Below the pieces are notes generated by a model. The model was not told where the DNA came from, did no database searches, and saw only the letters and a program-made list of their open reading frames with translations. From contig JADZBA010000319.1 of NCBI GenBank assembly GCA_020852355.1, positions 10,513-74,512 of the forward strand: a stretch of 64,000 nt of DNA, given 5' to 3'. Both the position numbers and the translations under genes were made by a program. Below, one piece after another: positions 53,335 through 61,538 of the stretch (position 1 is the first letter of the stretch; each line of letters starts with the position of its first letter). This DNA is from Alphaproteobacteria bacterium. Lineage in GTDB: Bacteria; Pseudomonadota; Alphaproteobacteria; ATCC43930; Allostellaceae.

Positions 53335-54420
53335 ATGGACCGTCCCGACACCTTCGAGGCGCCTAAGGCCCCCATCGCCGCAGCGCCCGCCGCCCCGCCC
53401 GCCGCCCCGCCGCCCAGGCGCACGATGCGCCGCCGCCTCTTCGCCATACTCGGCCTTGCCGTGCTCGCCGGCGCGGTCGGCTACGGCGCCTATTACTATC
53501 TCGTCAGCGCGAATTACGAGACGACCGACGACGCCTATGTCGACGCCTCCGTCGCCGCGATCACCCCCCAGGTGCAGGGCCGCATCGCCGAGCTGCCGGT
53601 CAAGGACACCCAGCATGTGAAGGCCGGCGACATCCTCGTCGTCATCGGCGACGCCGACGCGAAGCTTGCCGTCGCGCAGGCCGAGGCCGCCTATTCGCTC
53701 GCCCGCCGCCGCGTCCAGGGCTATTTCGCCGATGTCGCCGGCGCGAAGGCCGAGCTGGCCGCGCGCCAGGCCGACGTGAAGCGCGCCGAGGGCGACTATC
53801 GCCGCCGCGCCGGCCTTGCTGCGTCGGGCGCCGTCTCGGGCGACGAGATCACCAGCGCCCGCAACGCCCTCGACAACGCCCGCGCCGCCTACACCGCCGC
53901 CGAACAGAAACTCGCGGGCCTTGAGGCCCTCGTCGAAGGCCACGACATCGACACCAACCCCGAAGTGCTCTCGGCCGAAGCCTCGCTCGACAAGGCGAAG
54001 CTCGACCTCGCCCGCACCGTCCTCCGGGCGCCCATCGACGGCATCGTCGCGCAGAACACGGTGCAGGTCGGCCAGCAGGTCGGCGTCGGCGCGACGCTGA
54101 TGATCGTCGTCCCGATCGCCGAGGCGCATGTGAACGCCAATTTCAAGGAAGTGCAGCTCGAACATGTCCGCCCCGGCCAGGCGGTGGAGCTGATCTCCGA
54201 CCTCTACGGCTCCGATGTCGTCTTCCACGGCACCGTCGAAGGCATCGGCGGCGGCACGGGCGCCGCCTTCTCGGTCATCCCGGCCCAGAACGCCACCGGC
54301 AACTGGATCAAGGTCGTCCAGCGCCTCCCGGTCCGCATCGCGCTCGACCCGAAGGAGCTCGCCGAACATCCGCTCCGCGTCGGCCTCTCGATGTCGGTCT
54401 CCATCGACATCCGCCAGTAG
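53335..54420 (+). CDS. HlyD/EmrA-family membrane fusion (periplasmic adaptor) protein
   Basis: 361 aa. Single N-terminal TM segment (LFAILGLAVLAGAVGYGAYYYL). Lipoyl-like motif TPQVQGRIAELPVKDTQHVKAGDILVVI. Long coiled coil. Confidence 0.88.
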   Translation: MDRPDTFEAPKAPIAAAPAAPPAAPPPRRTMRRRLFAILGLAVLAGAVGYGAYYYLVSANYETTDDAYVDASVAAITPQVQGRIAELPVKDTQHVKAGDILVVIGDADAKLAVAQAEAAYSLARRRVQGYFADVAGAKAELAARQADVKRAEGDYRRRAGLAASGAVSGDEITSARNALDNARAAYTAAEQKLAGLEALVEGHDIDTNPEVLSAEASLDKAKLDLARTVLRAPIDGIVAQNTVQVGQQVGVGATLMIVVPIAEAHVNANFKEVQLEHVRPGQAVELISDLYGSDVVFHGTVEGIGGGTGAAFSVIPAQNATGNWIKVVQRLPVRIALDPKELAEHPLRVGLSMSVSIDIRQ

Positions 54421-54437
54421 CGGCCGCGGAGAGGCGC

Positions 54438-55982
54438 ATGGCCGGCAGCCGGCAGCTCCCCAGCGACGATCCCGTCCTGCACGGCCTTCTCCTGGCCGGT
54501 GCGATCTTCATCCTCGCCATGGCGAATTTCATGGCGATCCTCGACACCACCATCGTCAACGTCGCAGTGCCGCACATCGCCGGCGCCCTCGCCGTGTCGC
54601 CGCACGAGGGCACCTGGGTCATCACCTCCTATGCCGTCGCCGAGGCGGTGACGGTGCCGCTCTCGGGCTGGCTCGCCGCGCGCTTCGGCGCAGTGCGCGT
54701 CTTCGCCGTCTCGGCCATCGCCTTCGGCCTCTTCTCGGCTCTCTGCGGCTTCGCGACGAGCCTGCCGATGCTGGTGCTCTTCCGCGTCCTCCAGGGCCTT
54801 GCCGGCGGACCGCTGATGCCGATGTCGCAGACCCTGCTGCTCCGCGTCGCGCCGCCCGAACGGGCCAACATGGCGATGGGCCTGTGGATGATGACGACCA
54901 TCATCGCGCCCATCGCCGGCCCCGTCCTCGGCGGCACGATGTCCGACACCATCGGCTGGGAATGGGCCTTCTACATCAACGTCCCGTTCTCGGTGATCTG
55001 CGGTGTCGTCGGCTTCCAGATGCTGCGCACGCGCGAGACCTCGATCGTCAAGAACCCGGTCGACTTCGTCGGCCTCATCTTCCTCATCGTCTTCGTCGGC
55101 TCGCTCCAGGTGATGCTCGACAACGGCCAGAACGAGGACTGGTTCGCCTCGTCCTTCATCCGCATCCTCGCCGTCACCGCGGTGCTCGGCTTTGTCGCCT
55201 TCCTCATCTGGGAGCTGACCGACGAGCACCCGATCGTCAATCTCCGCGTCTTCCGCCATCCCGGCTTCGCGATGTCGACCGTCGCGATGGCGCTCACCTT
55301 CGGCTCGTTCTTCGCCTCCGTCGTGCTGATCCCGCTCTGGCTCCAGACCAACATGGGCTACACCGCCACCTGGGCCGGCTATGTCCTTGCCTTCCAGGGC
55401 ATCCTCGGCGTCTGCATGGCCCCGGTCGCCGCCATGCTGGTCAGCCGCTTCGATCCGCGCCTCTTGATGTCGGTCGGCCTCGCGATGCTCTCCTACGCGA
55501 TCCTCATGCGCACCGGCTTTGCCCAGAACATGACCTTCGGCCAGCTCGTCCTGCCGCAGGCCTTGATGGGCTTCATGCCGTTCTTCTTCATGCCGCTGAT
55601 GACGATGGCGATGGGCTCGGTCGAGCGCGAGGAGACCGCCTCCGCCTCCGGCCTCGTCAACTTCACGCGCACCATGTCGGGGGCCTTCGGCACGGCGCTC
55701 GCGACCTCGGCGTGGACCAGCGCCACCGCCGACAGCCGCGCCGAACTCGTCGGCGTGCTGAACGATCCGGCCGCCGTCATCCAGACGATGCAGCAGGGCG
55801 GCCTGACCCCCGATCAGGCGCTGCACGCCTTCGACAACATGGTGCAGGGCCAGGCCGTGATGCTCGCCACCAACCACATGTTCCTGATCATCGGCCTCAT
55901 CGTCGCCGTCACCGCCGTCGGCGTCTGGTTCATGCCCCGCCCCACCGGCCTCGCCCAAGGCCTCCCCGCCGGCGGACACTGA
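54438..55982 (+). CDS. MFS drug efflux transporter, DHA2 (EmrB/QacA, 14-TM) family
   Basis: 514 aa. Motifs LDTTIVNVAVPHI, LSGWLAARFG, GPVLGG and WEWAFYINVP. Confidence 0.9.
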   Translation: MAGSRQLPSDDPVLHGLLLAGAIFILAMANFMAILDTTIVNVAVPHIAGALAVSPHEGTWVITSYAVAEAVTVPLSGWLAARFGAVRVFAVSAIAFGLFSALCGFATSLPMLVLFRVLQGLAGGPLMPMSQTLLLRVAPPERANMAMGLWMMTTIIAPIAGPVLGGTMSDTIGWEWAFYINVPFSVICGVVGFQMLRTRETSIVKNPVDFVGLIFLIVFVGSLQVMLDNGQNEDWFASSFIRILAVTAVLGFVAFLIWELTDEHPIVNLRVFRHPGFAMSTVAMALTFGSFFASVVLIPLWLQTNMGYTATWAGYVLAFQGILGVCMAPVAAMLVSRFDPRLLMSVGLAMLSYAILMRTGFAQNMTFGQLVLPQALMGFMPFFFMPLMTMAMGSVEREETASASGLVNFTRTMSGAFGTALATSAWTSATADSRAELVGVLNDPAAVIQTMQQGGLTPDQALHAFDNMVQGQAVMLATNHMFLIIGLIVAVTAVGVWFMPRPTGLAQGLPAGGH

Positions 55983-55984
55983 TA

Positions 55985-56029
55985 CCCCACTTGTCATCGC
56001 CGGAACACGTCCGGCGATGACAAGTGGGG
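55985..56029. terminator. Perfect 20-bp-arm hairpin between convergent genes (bidirectional terminator or REP-like element)
   Basis: CCCCACTTGTCATCGCCGGA (55985-56004), loop ACACG, then TCCGGCGATGACAAGTGGGG (56010-56029). No flanking T-tract. Confidence 0.5.
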
Positions 56030-56059
56030 ACAATGTGGGAAAGCCCGGCCCCGCGTCCC

Positions 56060-57238
56060 CTAATAACTCTTCGGCAGGTCCAGCACCTTTTCCGCGATGA
56101 AGCTCAGGATGAGCTGCTCGGTGATCGGCGCGAGCCGGGTCAGCGCGGCTTCGCGGTACAGGCGCTCGACGTGGTATTCCTTCGCATAGCCGAAGCCGCC
56201 ATGCGTCGCGACCGCCTGCCAGGCCGCGTCGTGGCAGGCCCGCCCGGCCAGGAATTTCGCCGCGTTCGCCTCGGCCCCGCAGGGTGCGCCGCGGTCGTAG
56301 AGTTCGGCCGCCCGCTTCACCATCAGCCAGGCGCTCTCCAGATACATCCAGCGTTCCGCGAGCGGGTGCTGGATGCCCTGGTTCTGGCCGATCGGTCGGT
56401 CGAAGACGACGCGCTCGCGCGCATATTTCGTCGCCCGGCGCAGCGCGTCGCGGCCGATGCCGATCGCCTCCGCGCCGATCAGGATGCGCTCCGGGTTCAG
56501 GCTGTGCAGGATATAGCCGAAGCCCTTGCCCTCCTCGCCGATGCGGTCCGCCTCGGGAATGAACAGCCCGTCGATATAGATCGCGTTCGAATCGACCGCC
56601 TTGCGCCCCATCTTGGGGATGAGCTGCACGTCGATCCTGCTGCGATCGAAGTCGGTATAGAAGATCGTGATGCCGTCGGTCGGCCGCGCGCAGTCCTCGT
56701 ATTTCGTCGTGCGCGTCAGCAGCATGATCTTGTTCGCCACCTGCGCGGTCGAGGTCCACACCTTCTGCCCGTTGACGACATAGCCGCCCGGCACGCGCTG
56801 CGCGAAGGTCTTGATCCGCGTCGTGTTGAGCCCGGCATCCGGCTCGGTGAAGCCGAAGCAGCACTGGTCCGCGCCCGCCACCAGCCGCGGCACCCAGCGC
56901 GCCTTCTGCTCCGGCGTGCCCTTCACGACGATCGGGTGCGGCCCGAAGAGGTTGATGTGGATGGTCGAGGCCGCCGCGAAGCCGCCGCCGTGGCTCGCCA
57001 CCTCGTTCATCATCACCATCGCCTCGCTGACCCCGAGGCCCGAGCCGCCATAGTCCTGCGGCATCGTGATGCCCAGCCAGCCGGCCTCCGCCATCGCGCG
57101 GTGGAATTCGCGCGGGAAATGCCCGTCGTCGTCGCGGGCCAGCCAGTAATCGTCGCCGAAGCGCTGGCACACGGCGCGCACGCCCTGGCGGATGGCGTCG
57201 AGTTCCTCCTCGGTCGGCTGCGGGCGGGGTGTGCTCAT
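56060..57238 (-). CDS. Acyl-CoA dehydrogenase
   Basis: 392 aa from MSTPRPQPTEEELDAIRQGVRAVCQRF. ACAD-family features (FGFTEPDAGLNT, VNGQKVWTS, GGFGYAKEYHVERLYREA). The 616-aa ORF extension to 57910 is rejected. Confidence 0.88.
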   Translation of the reverse strand: MSTPRPQPTEEELDAIRQGVRAVCQRFGDDYWLARDDDGHFPREFHRAMAEAGWLGITMPQDYGGSGLGVSEAMVMMNEVASHGGGFAAASTIHINLFGPHPIVVKGTPEQKARWVPRLVAGADQCCFGFTEPDAGLNTTRIKTFAQRVPGGYVVNGQKVWTSTAQVANKIMLLTRTTKYEDCARPTDGITIFYTDFDRSRIDVQLIPKMGRKAVDSNAIYIDGLFIPEADRIGEEGKGFGYILHSLNPERILIGAEAIGIGRDALRRATKYARERVVFDRPIGQNQGIQHPLAERWMYLESAWLMVKRAAELYDRGAPCGAEANAAKFLAGRACHDAAWQAVATHGGFGYAKEYHVERLYREAALTRLAPITEQLILSFIAEKVLDLPKSY

Positions 57239-57325
57239 GGGCGAACCTTCTCGTCTGGGATCGGGGCCCATCATGCCGCCTCGCCGGGCAATGACAAACC
57301 GCCGATCGCGCCGCAGGATGGGCGG

Positions 57326-58000
57326 ATGGCCACCAGCACGCTCCAGATCGACGTCGCGCCCGATACCGCCGTTACCGCCCTCTGGGACGCCCCGGCGAAG
57401 CCCCGGGCGGTGCTCGTCCTCGCCCATGGCGCCGGCGCCGGCATGCAGCACAAGGCGATGGCGGCGACGGCGGAGGGCCTCGCCGCCCGCGGCATCGCCG
57501 TGCTGCGCTATAACTTCCCCTATATGGAGCGCGGCTCGAAGCGCCCCGATGCGCCGCGCATCGCGGAAGCCGCCGTGCGCGCCGCGGTCGCCGAAGGGGC
57601 CGCCCGCGCCGGGGGCCTGCCGCTCTTCGCCGGCGGCCGCTCCTTCGGCGGGCGCATGACGTCGCAGGCCGAGGCCGCTGCGCCGCTGCCCCAAGTGCGC
57701 GGCCTCGTCTTCTTCGCCTTCCCGCTGCATTCCGCCGGCGCCCCGGCCGTCACCCGCGCCGCGCATCTGGCGAAGGTCGCGCTGCCGATGCTCTTCCTCC
57801 AGGGCTCGCGCGACGCGCTGGCCGAGGCCGCCCTGCTCCGGCAGACCGTCCAGGGCCTCGGCCGCCGCGCCACGCTGCATCTGGTGCCGGACGCCGACCA
57901 CAGCTTCCACGTCCCCGCCCGCAGCGGCCGCACCGACGCCGACACCCTGACCGACCTCCTCGACACCGCCGCCGCCTGGATGGCCACCTCGGCGGACTAG
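57326..58000 (+). CDS. Alpha/beta-fold hydrolase (dienelactone-hydrolase / KANL3-Tex30-like small hydrolase)
   Basis: 224 aa from MATSTLQIDVAPD. Motifs VLVLAHGAGAG, GGRSFGGRM (nucleophile elbow), LFLQGSRD and DADHSF. The long upstream in-frame ORF from 56024 is antisense to the ACAD gene and is rejected. Confidence 0.72.
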   Translation: MATSTLQIDVAPDTAVTALWDAPAKPRAVLVLAHGAGAGMQHKAMAATAEGLAARGIAVLRYNFPYMERGSKRPDAPRIAEAAVRAAVAEGAARAGGLPLFAGGRSFGGRMTSQAEAAAPLPQVRGLVFFAFPLHSAGAPAVTRAAHLAKVALPMLFLQGSRDALAEAALLRQTVQGLGRRATLHLVPDADHSFHVPARSGRTDADTLTDLLDTAAAWMATSAD

Positions 58001-58086
58001 GCGCGCGCGGAGTTAAGTAAGCTATCGCCACAATTTCACGGTGAAGGGCCTGAGTTTAGCTATGGCCCGGAAAGTGGGGACTTCCC

Positions 58087-58308
58087 ATGAGCGTCGAAGA
58101 AATAATCTACATGCCATTGATCGGAGAGGGAGTAAGTGTATGGCGCCCGGTATCTGGGAAGAAAATAAGAACAGACATATATAAAATACTTCCATATGAC
58201 TACGACCCGTCCGTCGAGGAATGGGAATTCCCTCCGGGTACGTGTGTTGTATGCGAAATCAGGCGGATGGATGTCGGACTCGTCAAGCTTGCAGTCAGGA
58301 AGGTATAA
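58087..58308 (+). CDS. Hypothetical small protein (73 aa) in the AT-rich islet
   Basis: MSVEEIIYMPLIGEGVSVWRPVSGKKIRTDIYKILPYDYDPSVEEWEFPPGTCVVCEIRRMDVGLVKLAVRKV. GGGGA lies 7 nt upstream of the ATG. Codon usage is AT-rich, unlike the host genes. I recognise no family. Confidence 0.45.
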   Translation: MSVEEIIYMPLIGEGVSVWRPVSGKKIRTDIYKILPYDYDPSVEEWEFPPGTCVVCEIRRMDVGLVKLAVRKV

Positions 58309-58474
58309 ATTCCACCGCAATTGTGGGGATAATCTAAGATCAAAAATAGAACTTTTGGAAGACTGATTCAGCCCTTTGATGGACAATAAGCATTTGCTCT
58401 TGAGGCCAATTGCTTCATCTCCCGCCCGGCGCTAGAGTCTTTATCTTGCGGGTATAACTACCCCGCACGTATAC

Positions 58475-58684
58475 TCAATTTTTATTCTCCGGACTTCTGG
58501 ATTTCATTTTAGCTTGGATATGATCAAAATATCTGTCCACTAGGAAATTAACAACCAAAATGGCCAGAACGATACCCGAATCGATCGCAATTATTTTGAA
58601 GACAAACACAGAGAGAACTATTAGTAATATGACCAATATTTGGTATATCCCGAATATACGACGATATCTCTCGACATTCATCAT
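58475..58684 (-). CDS. Hypothetical small membrane protein (69 aa, two predicted TM helices) in the AT-rich islet
   Basis: MMNVERYRRIFGIYQILVILLIVLSVFVFKIIAIDSGIVLAILVVNFLVDRYFDHIQAKMKSRSPENKN has two hydrophobic stretches. I see no clear Shine-Dalgarno sequence. Confidence 0.35.
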   Translation of the reverse strand: MMNVERYRRIFGIYQILVILLIVLSVFVFKIIAIDSGIVLAILVVNFLVDRYFDHIQAKMKSRSPENKN

Positions 58685-58763
58685 GCTGTTACGTCTTCAT
58701 TTTGTATTACGGTATTGTGGCGACTAAGTAGCGCCCCCGCCCGCCTAATTCCTGTCACCGATC

Positions 58764-59399
58764 TCACCCCCGCGCGGCGTCGGCGGCTGCGAACTGGCGG
58801 AGCTGTGCGTCGTGGACCTTGCGGAAGGCCGGGCGGCCGGTGACGCGCTGGACATAGGCCTCGCTCGCCGGGCGATGGCCGAGGGCGCGGACCTCCGGCA
58901 CCCGCAGTACGTCGGCCATCAGCAAATCCGCGACCGTGAAGCGTCCGGCGGCGAGCCAGTCCCGCCCGGCGAGGACGGCTTCGAGCTGGCCGAGCCGCTG
59001 GCCCAGCCACCCCGTCAGCCTGTTCTCCGCCTCGCCCGAAATCGTCAGGAACCACCACGGCACCGAGGCCATCTCGATCGAGTTCAGCGCGGCGATCGTC
59101 CATTGCAGGGTCTCCGCTTCGCCGGCCGGATCGCGCGGCATCAGCCGCTCGCTCTGCCGCGCGAGGTGCAGCAGGCAGGCGCCGCTTTCGAATAGCTCCA
59201 GGTCGCCGTCGCTGAGGAACGGCACCTGCCCGAAGGGCTGGCGCGCCAGGTGGTTGGTCTCGCGCCCCTCGAAGGGAATGGTGCGGACGGTGTAGTCGAG
59301 GCCCGCTTCCTCGCACGCCCATCGCAGCCTCAGGTCGCGCACGAAACCGCGGGGGCGCTCGGGCACCCAGTCGAGGGTCCAGATGGTCAGTTCGCCCAT
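58764..59399 (-). CDS. Glutathione S-transferase
   Basis: 211 aa. N-terminal thioredoxin-like domain with QPFGQVPFL and ESGACLLHLA, followed by a helical C-terminal domain. Confidence 0.8.
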   Translation of the reverse strand: MGELTIWTLDWVPERPRGFVRDLRLRWACEEAGLDYTVRTIPFEGRETNHLARQPFGQVPFLSDGDLELFESGACLLHLARQSERLMPRDPAGEAETLQWTIAALNSIEMASVPWWFLTISGEAENRLTGWLGQRLGQLEAVLAGRDWLAAGRFTVADLLMADVLRVPEVRALGHRPASEAYVQRVTGRPAFRKVHDAQLRQFAAADAARG

Positions 59400-59501
59400 G
59401 CAAGCAAGCCCTCCCGCCGGCGCGTCCCTTGAAAACGCCCATGAAGCCGCAAGCCACGCCCGGGCGCAACGTGAAGCTGCGCGGCACGCGGGAGAAGGGG
59501 C

Positions 59502-59996
59502 TTACTTCGCCGCGCTGCGCTTCGGCCGCGGCCGGTCTTCGCGGACCGCCGCCGCCGGCACCACGATGTCGGCCAGCGGCGCGCCCCAGTCGGCGGCGAA
59601 AGCCTTCGACAGATTGGCGACGTTCTCTTTGCCGATGCGCCGGATCAGCTCGCCGGTCAGCGCCTCGACCGCCATGTCGGCGTCCTTGCGCATCGTGTGC
59701 CCCTTGGCCGACAGCGCCACGATCTTGGAGCGCTTGTCGGCCGGGTCGTCGCGCATCTCCAGCATGCCCATCTCGATCATCTGGCCGATCGTCGTGTGCA
59801 TCGCCTGCCGGCTGACCCCGACATTGCGCGCGATCTCCGACGGGCGGCGCACCCCGGTCAGCACATTCACCATCACCATCGACTGCGGCCGCGTCACATG
59901 CGCCCAGCCGCGCTTCTGGAGGAAGGCCTGGAGGCCGTCGTCGAACCAGCAGAAGGCCTGGAGCAGCGGCACGATCAGATAGCGCGTGGTTTCCAT
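59502..59996 (-). CDS. MarR-family transcriptional regulator
   Basis: 164 aa. wHTH region RPSEIARNVGVSRQAMHTTIGQMIEMGMLEMRDDPADKRSKIVALSAKG. Confidence 0.85.
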   Translation of the reverse strand: METTRYLIVPLLQAFCWFDDGLQAFLQKRGWAHVTRPQSMVMVNVLTGVRRPSEIARNVGVSRQAMHTTIGQMIEMGMLEMRDDPADKRSKIVALSAKGHTMRKDADMAVEALTGELIRRIGKENVANLSKAFAADWGAPLADIVVPAAAVREDRPRPKRSAAK

Positions 59997-60023
59997 GTCT
60001 TCGCGGGGGGCCGGCGTCCGCCC

Positions 60024-60407
60024 TCAGGCGCGCCAGGACTCCAGCGGCTTCGGATCGAAATATTCGTCCAGCCGCGTGATGCGCCCGTCCGCCACTTCGC
60101 ACACGATGCAGGCCGGCAGCTCCAGCACCTTGCCGTTCGGCAGTTCGGCGACCAGCAGATGCTGCTGCACGAAGCCGCCGGGATAGGCGGTCAGCCGCCG
60201 GTCGGTATAGCTCCGCTTGGGCGCCGTCTTGATGAAGCCGCGCAGCGTCTTCAGATTCTCGTCCCGGCCGATCGTCGTGCGGTCGAAATTGTGCCAGATT
60301 CGGGCGTCGTCGGCGTAGATCGCGTGGATCGTGTCGGGATCGCCCTTTTCGATCGCGTCGAAGAAGCGCTTCGCCAGCGCCTCGATGCCTTGCACGCTGT
60401 CGGCCAT
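60024..60407 (-). CDS. SnoaL-like / ketosteroid-isomerase-like (NTF2 fold) protein
   Basis: 127 aa. N-terminal ALAKRFFDAIEKGDPDTIHAIYADDARIWHN is typical of the SnoaL_2/NTF2-like family. Confidence 0.7.
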   Translation of the reverse strand: MADSVQGIEALAKRFFDAIEKGDPDTIHAIYADDARIWHNFDRTTIGRDENLKTLRGFIKTAPKRSYTDRRLTAYPGGFVQQHLLVAELPNGKVLELPACIVCEVADGRITRLDEYFDPKPLESWRA

Positions 60408-60513
60408 TTCGTGCCTTCCCCTGATTGTAAGTTTCCTTGACGAAACTGCGCGCCGCCGCCCTGTCTGTCAACACGGGGCGAGACGGCAGCCGCGCGGGCG
60501 GGGCCGCCGGCCG

Positions 60514-61170
60514 CTACGCCTTCTCGGCGCGGGCCAGCCGCGAGAGCAGCGTGTGGCGGGCCGAGAGGATATGGCTTTCCATCACCGATCGCGCCCATTC
60601 GCCGTCATGCGCCTCCAGCGCCGTGACCAGTTCGGCATGCTGGGTCATCGAGCGGCGCATCTCGCGCAGGTCGTAGCGGCGGAAGGTCGAGAGCACCAGC
60701 GGCACCTCGACGATCGCGCTCAGCAGGCCCTGGAGCCGCGAATTGCCGCTGGCCTGGACGATCAGCTTGTGGAAGGCGTTGTTGCGCGCCGCGATCGCGT
60801 CGATCTCGGGTTCGCCGTCGCTCTGCACGAAGCTTTCCATCTCGTTCGCCAGCCGGCGCAGCTCGGCGAGCTGTTCGTCCGTCGCATGGCGCGCCGCCGC
60901 CTCGGCCGCGAAGCCTTCCAGCAGCACCCGCAGCTCGTAGATCTGGTGGATTTCCGATTCGCTCCAGCTCGAAACGAAGGCGCCGCGATTGGCGATGAAC
61001 CGGATCAGCCCCTCGGCATGCAGCCGCCGCATCGCCTCGCGCACCGGCGTGCGGCTGAGCCCGCTGGCCGCGGCGAGCGACTGGGCCGTGATATGCGACC
61101 CTTGCGGGTAGATGCCGCGTACGATGCCGTCCCGTATCGTCTCGTAGGCCTTCTCGACAGCAGCAGCCAT
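60514..61170 (-). CDS. GntR-family transcriptional regulator, FadR/FCD subfamily
   Basis: 218 aa. wHTH region ITAQSLAAASGLSRTPVREAMRRLHAEGLI, plus an FCD-like helical domain. Confidence 0.88.
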   Translation of the reverse strand: MAAAVEKAYETIRDGIVRGIYPQGSHITAQSLAAASGLSRTPVREAMRRLHAEGLIRFIANRGAFVSSWSESEIHQIYELRVLLEGFAAEAAARHATDEQLAELRRLANEMESFVQSDGEPEIDAIAARNNAFHKLIVQASGNSRLQGLLSAIVEVPLVLSTFRRYDLREMRRSMTQHAELVTALEAHDGEWARSVMESHILSARHTLLSRLARAEKA

Positions 61171-61538
61171 GCCCAGCGCATCCGTTCCGCGGGCCGGCGA
61201 TCGCCCGTCCCCCTTCGGCGGCTAAACCGTCCCCGGGATTTGTCAAGCTGGATGCAATCTGTAAGGAACCAGCGCCGCCGCGCGATGGCCACCCCGGTCG
61301 CGGCCCAAGGATAATCCTTGGAACCATAGAGGCTTGAGGACCATCGGATGCCGGAGGCCAGGCCCCCGACCGAACTCCGGCCTGTGGGCGCTTGAAACCT
61401 GTTGCATGCAAGATCGCCCGACTGTATCCAATCCCTATGCGTGGCGGCGGGCCGGTTCAGGTCCGGCGCCCTTGGCGCGTTGCGGGCCTGGGGAAAGTCT
61501 GTCAGGTAAACTGACGATAGAGGGGTGGGGTTTCTTTC

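Noticed and set aside
54204-57170. A 988-aa minus-strand ORF and a 601-aa plus-strand alternative-frame ORF (54215-56020)
   Set aside because: Both overlap the EmrB-type MFS gene, whose frame gives clean TM segments and family motifs. The alternatives translate to Arg/Pro/Gly-rich sequence.
56024-57325. An upstream extension of the small alpha/beta hydrolase ORF, giving the 658-aa version
   Set aside because: The extension is antisense to the acyl-CoA dehydrogenase gene. The hydrolase fold motifs all lie downstream of the ATG at 57326.
58060-58386. A 108-aa minus-strand ORF in the AT-rich islet
   Set aside because: It overlaps the 73-aa plus-strand ORF, which has the better ribosome-binding site and a more protein-like sequence. 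No motif is recognisable. I cannot fully exclude it without expression data.
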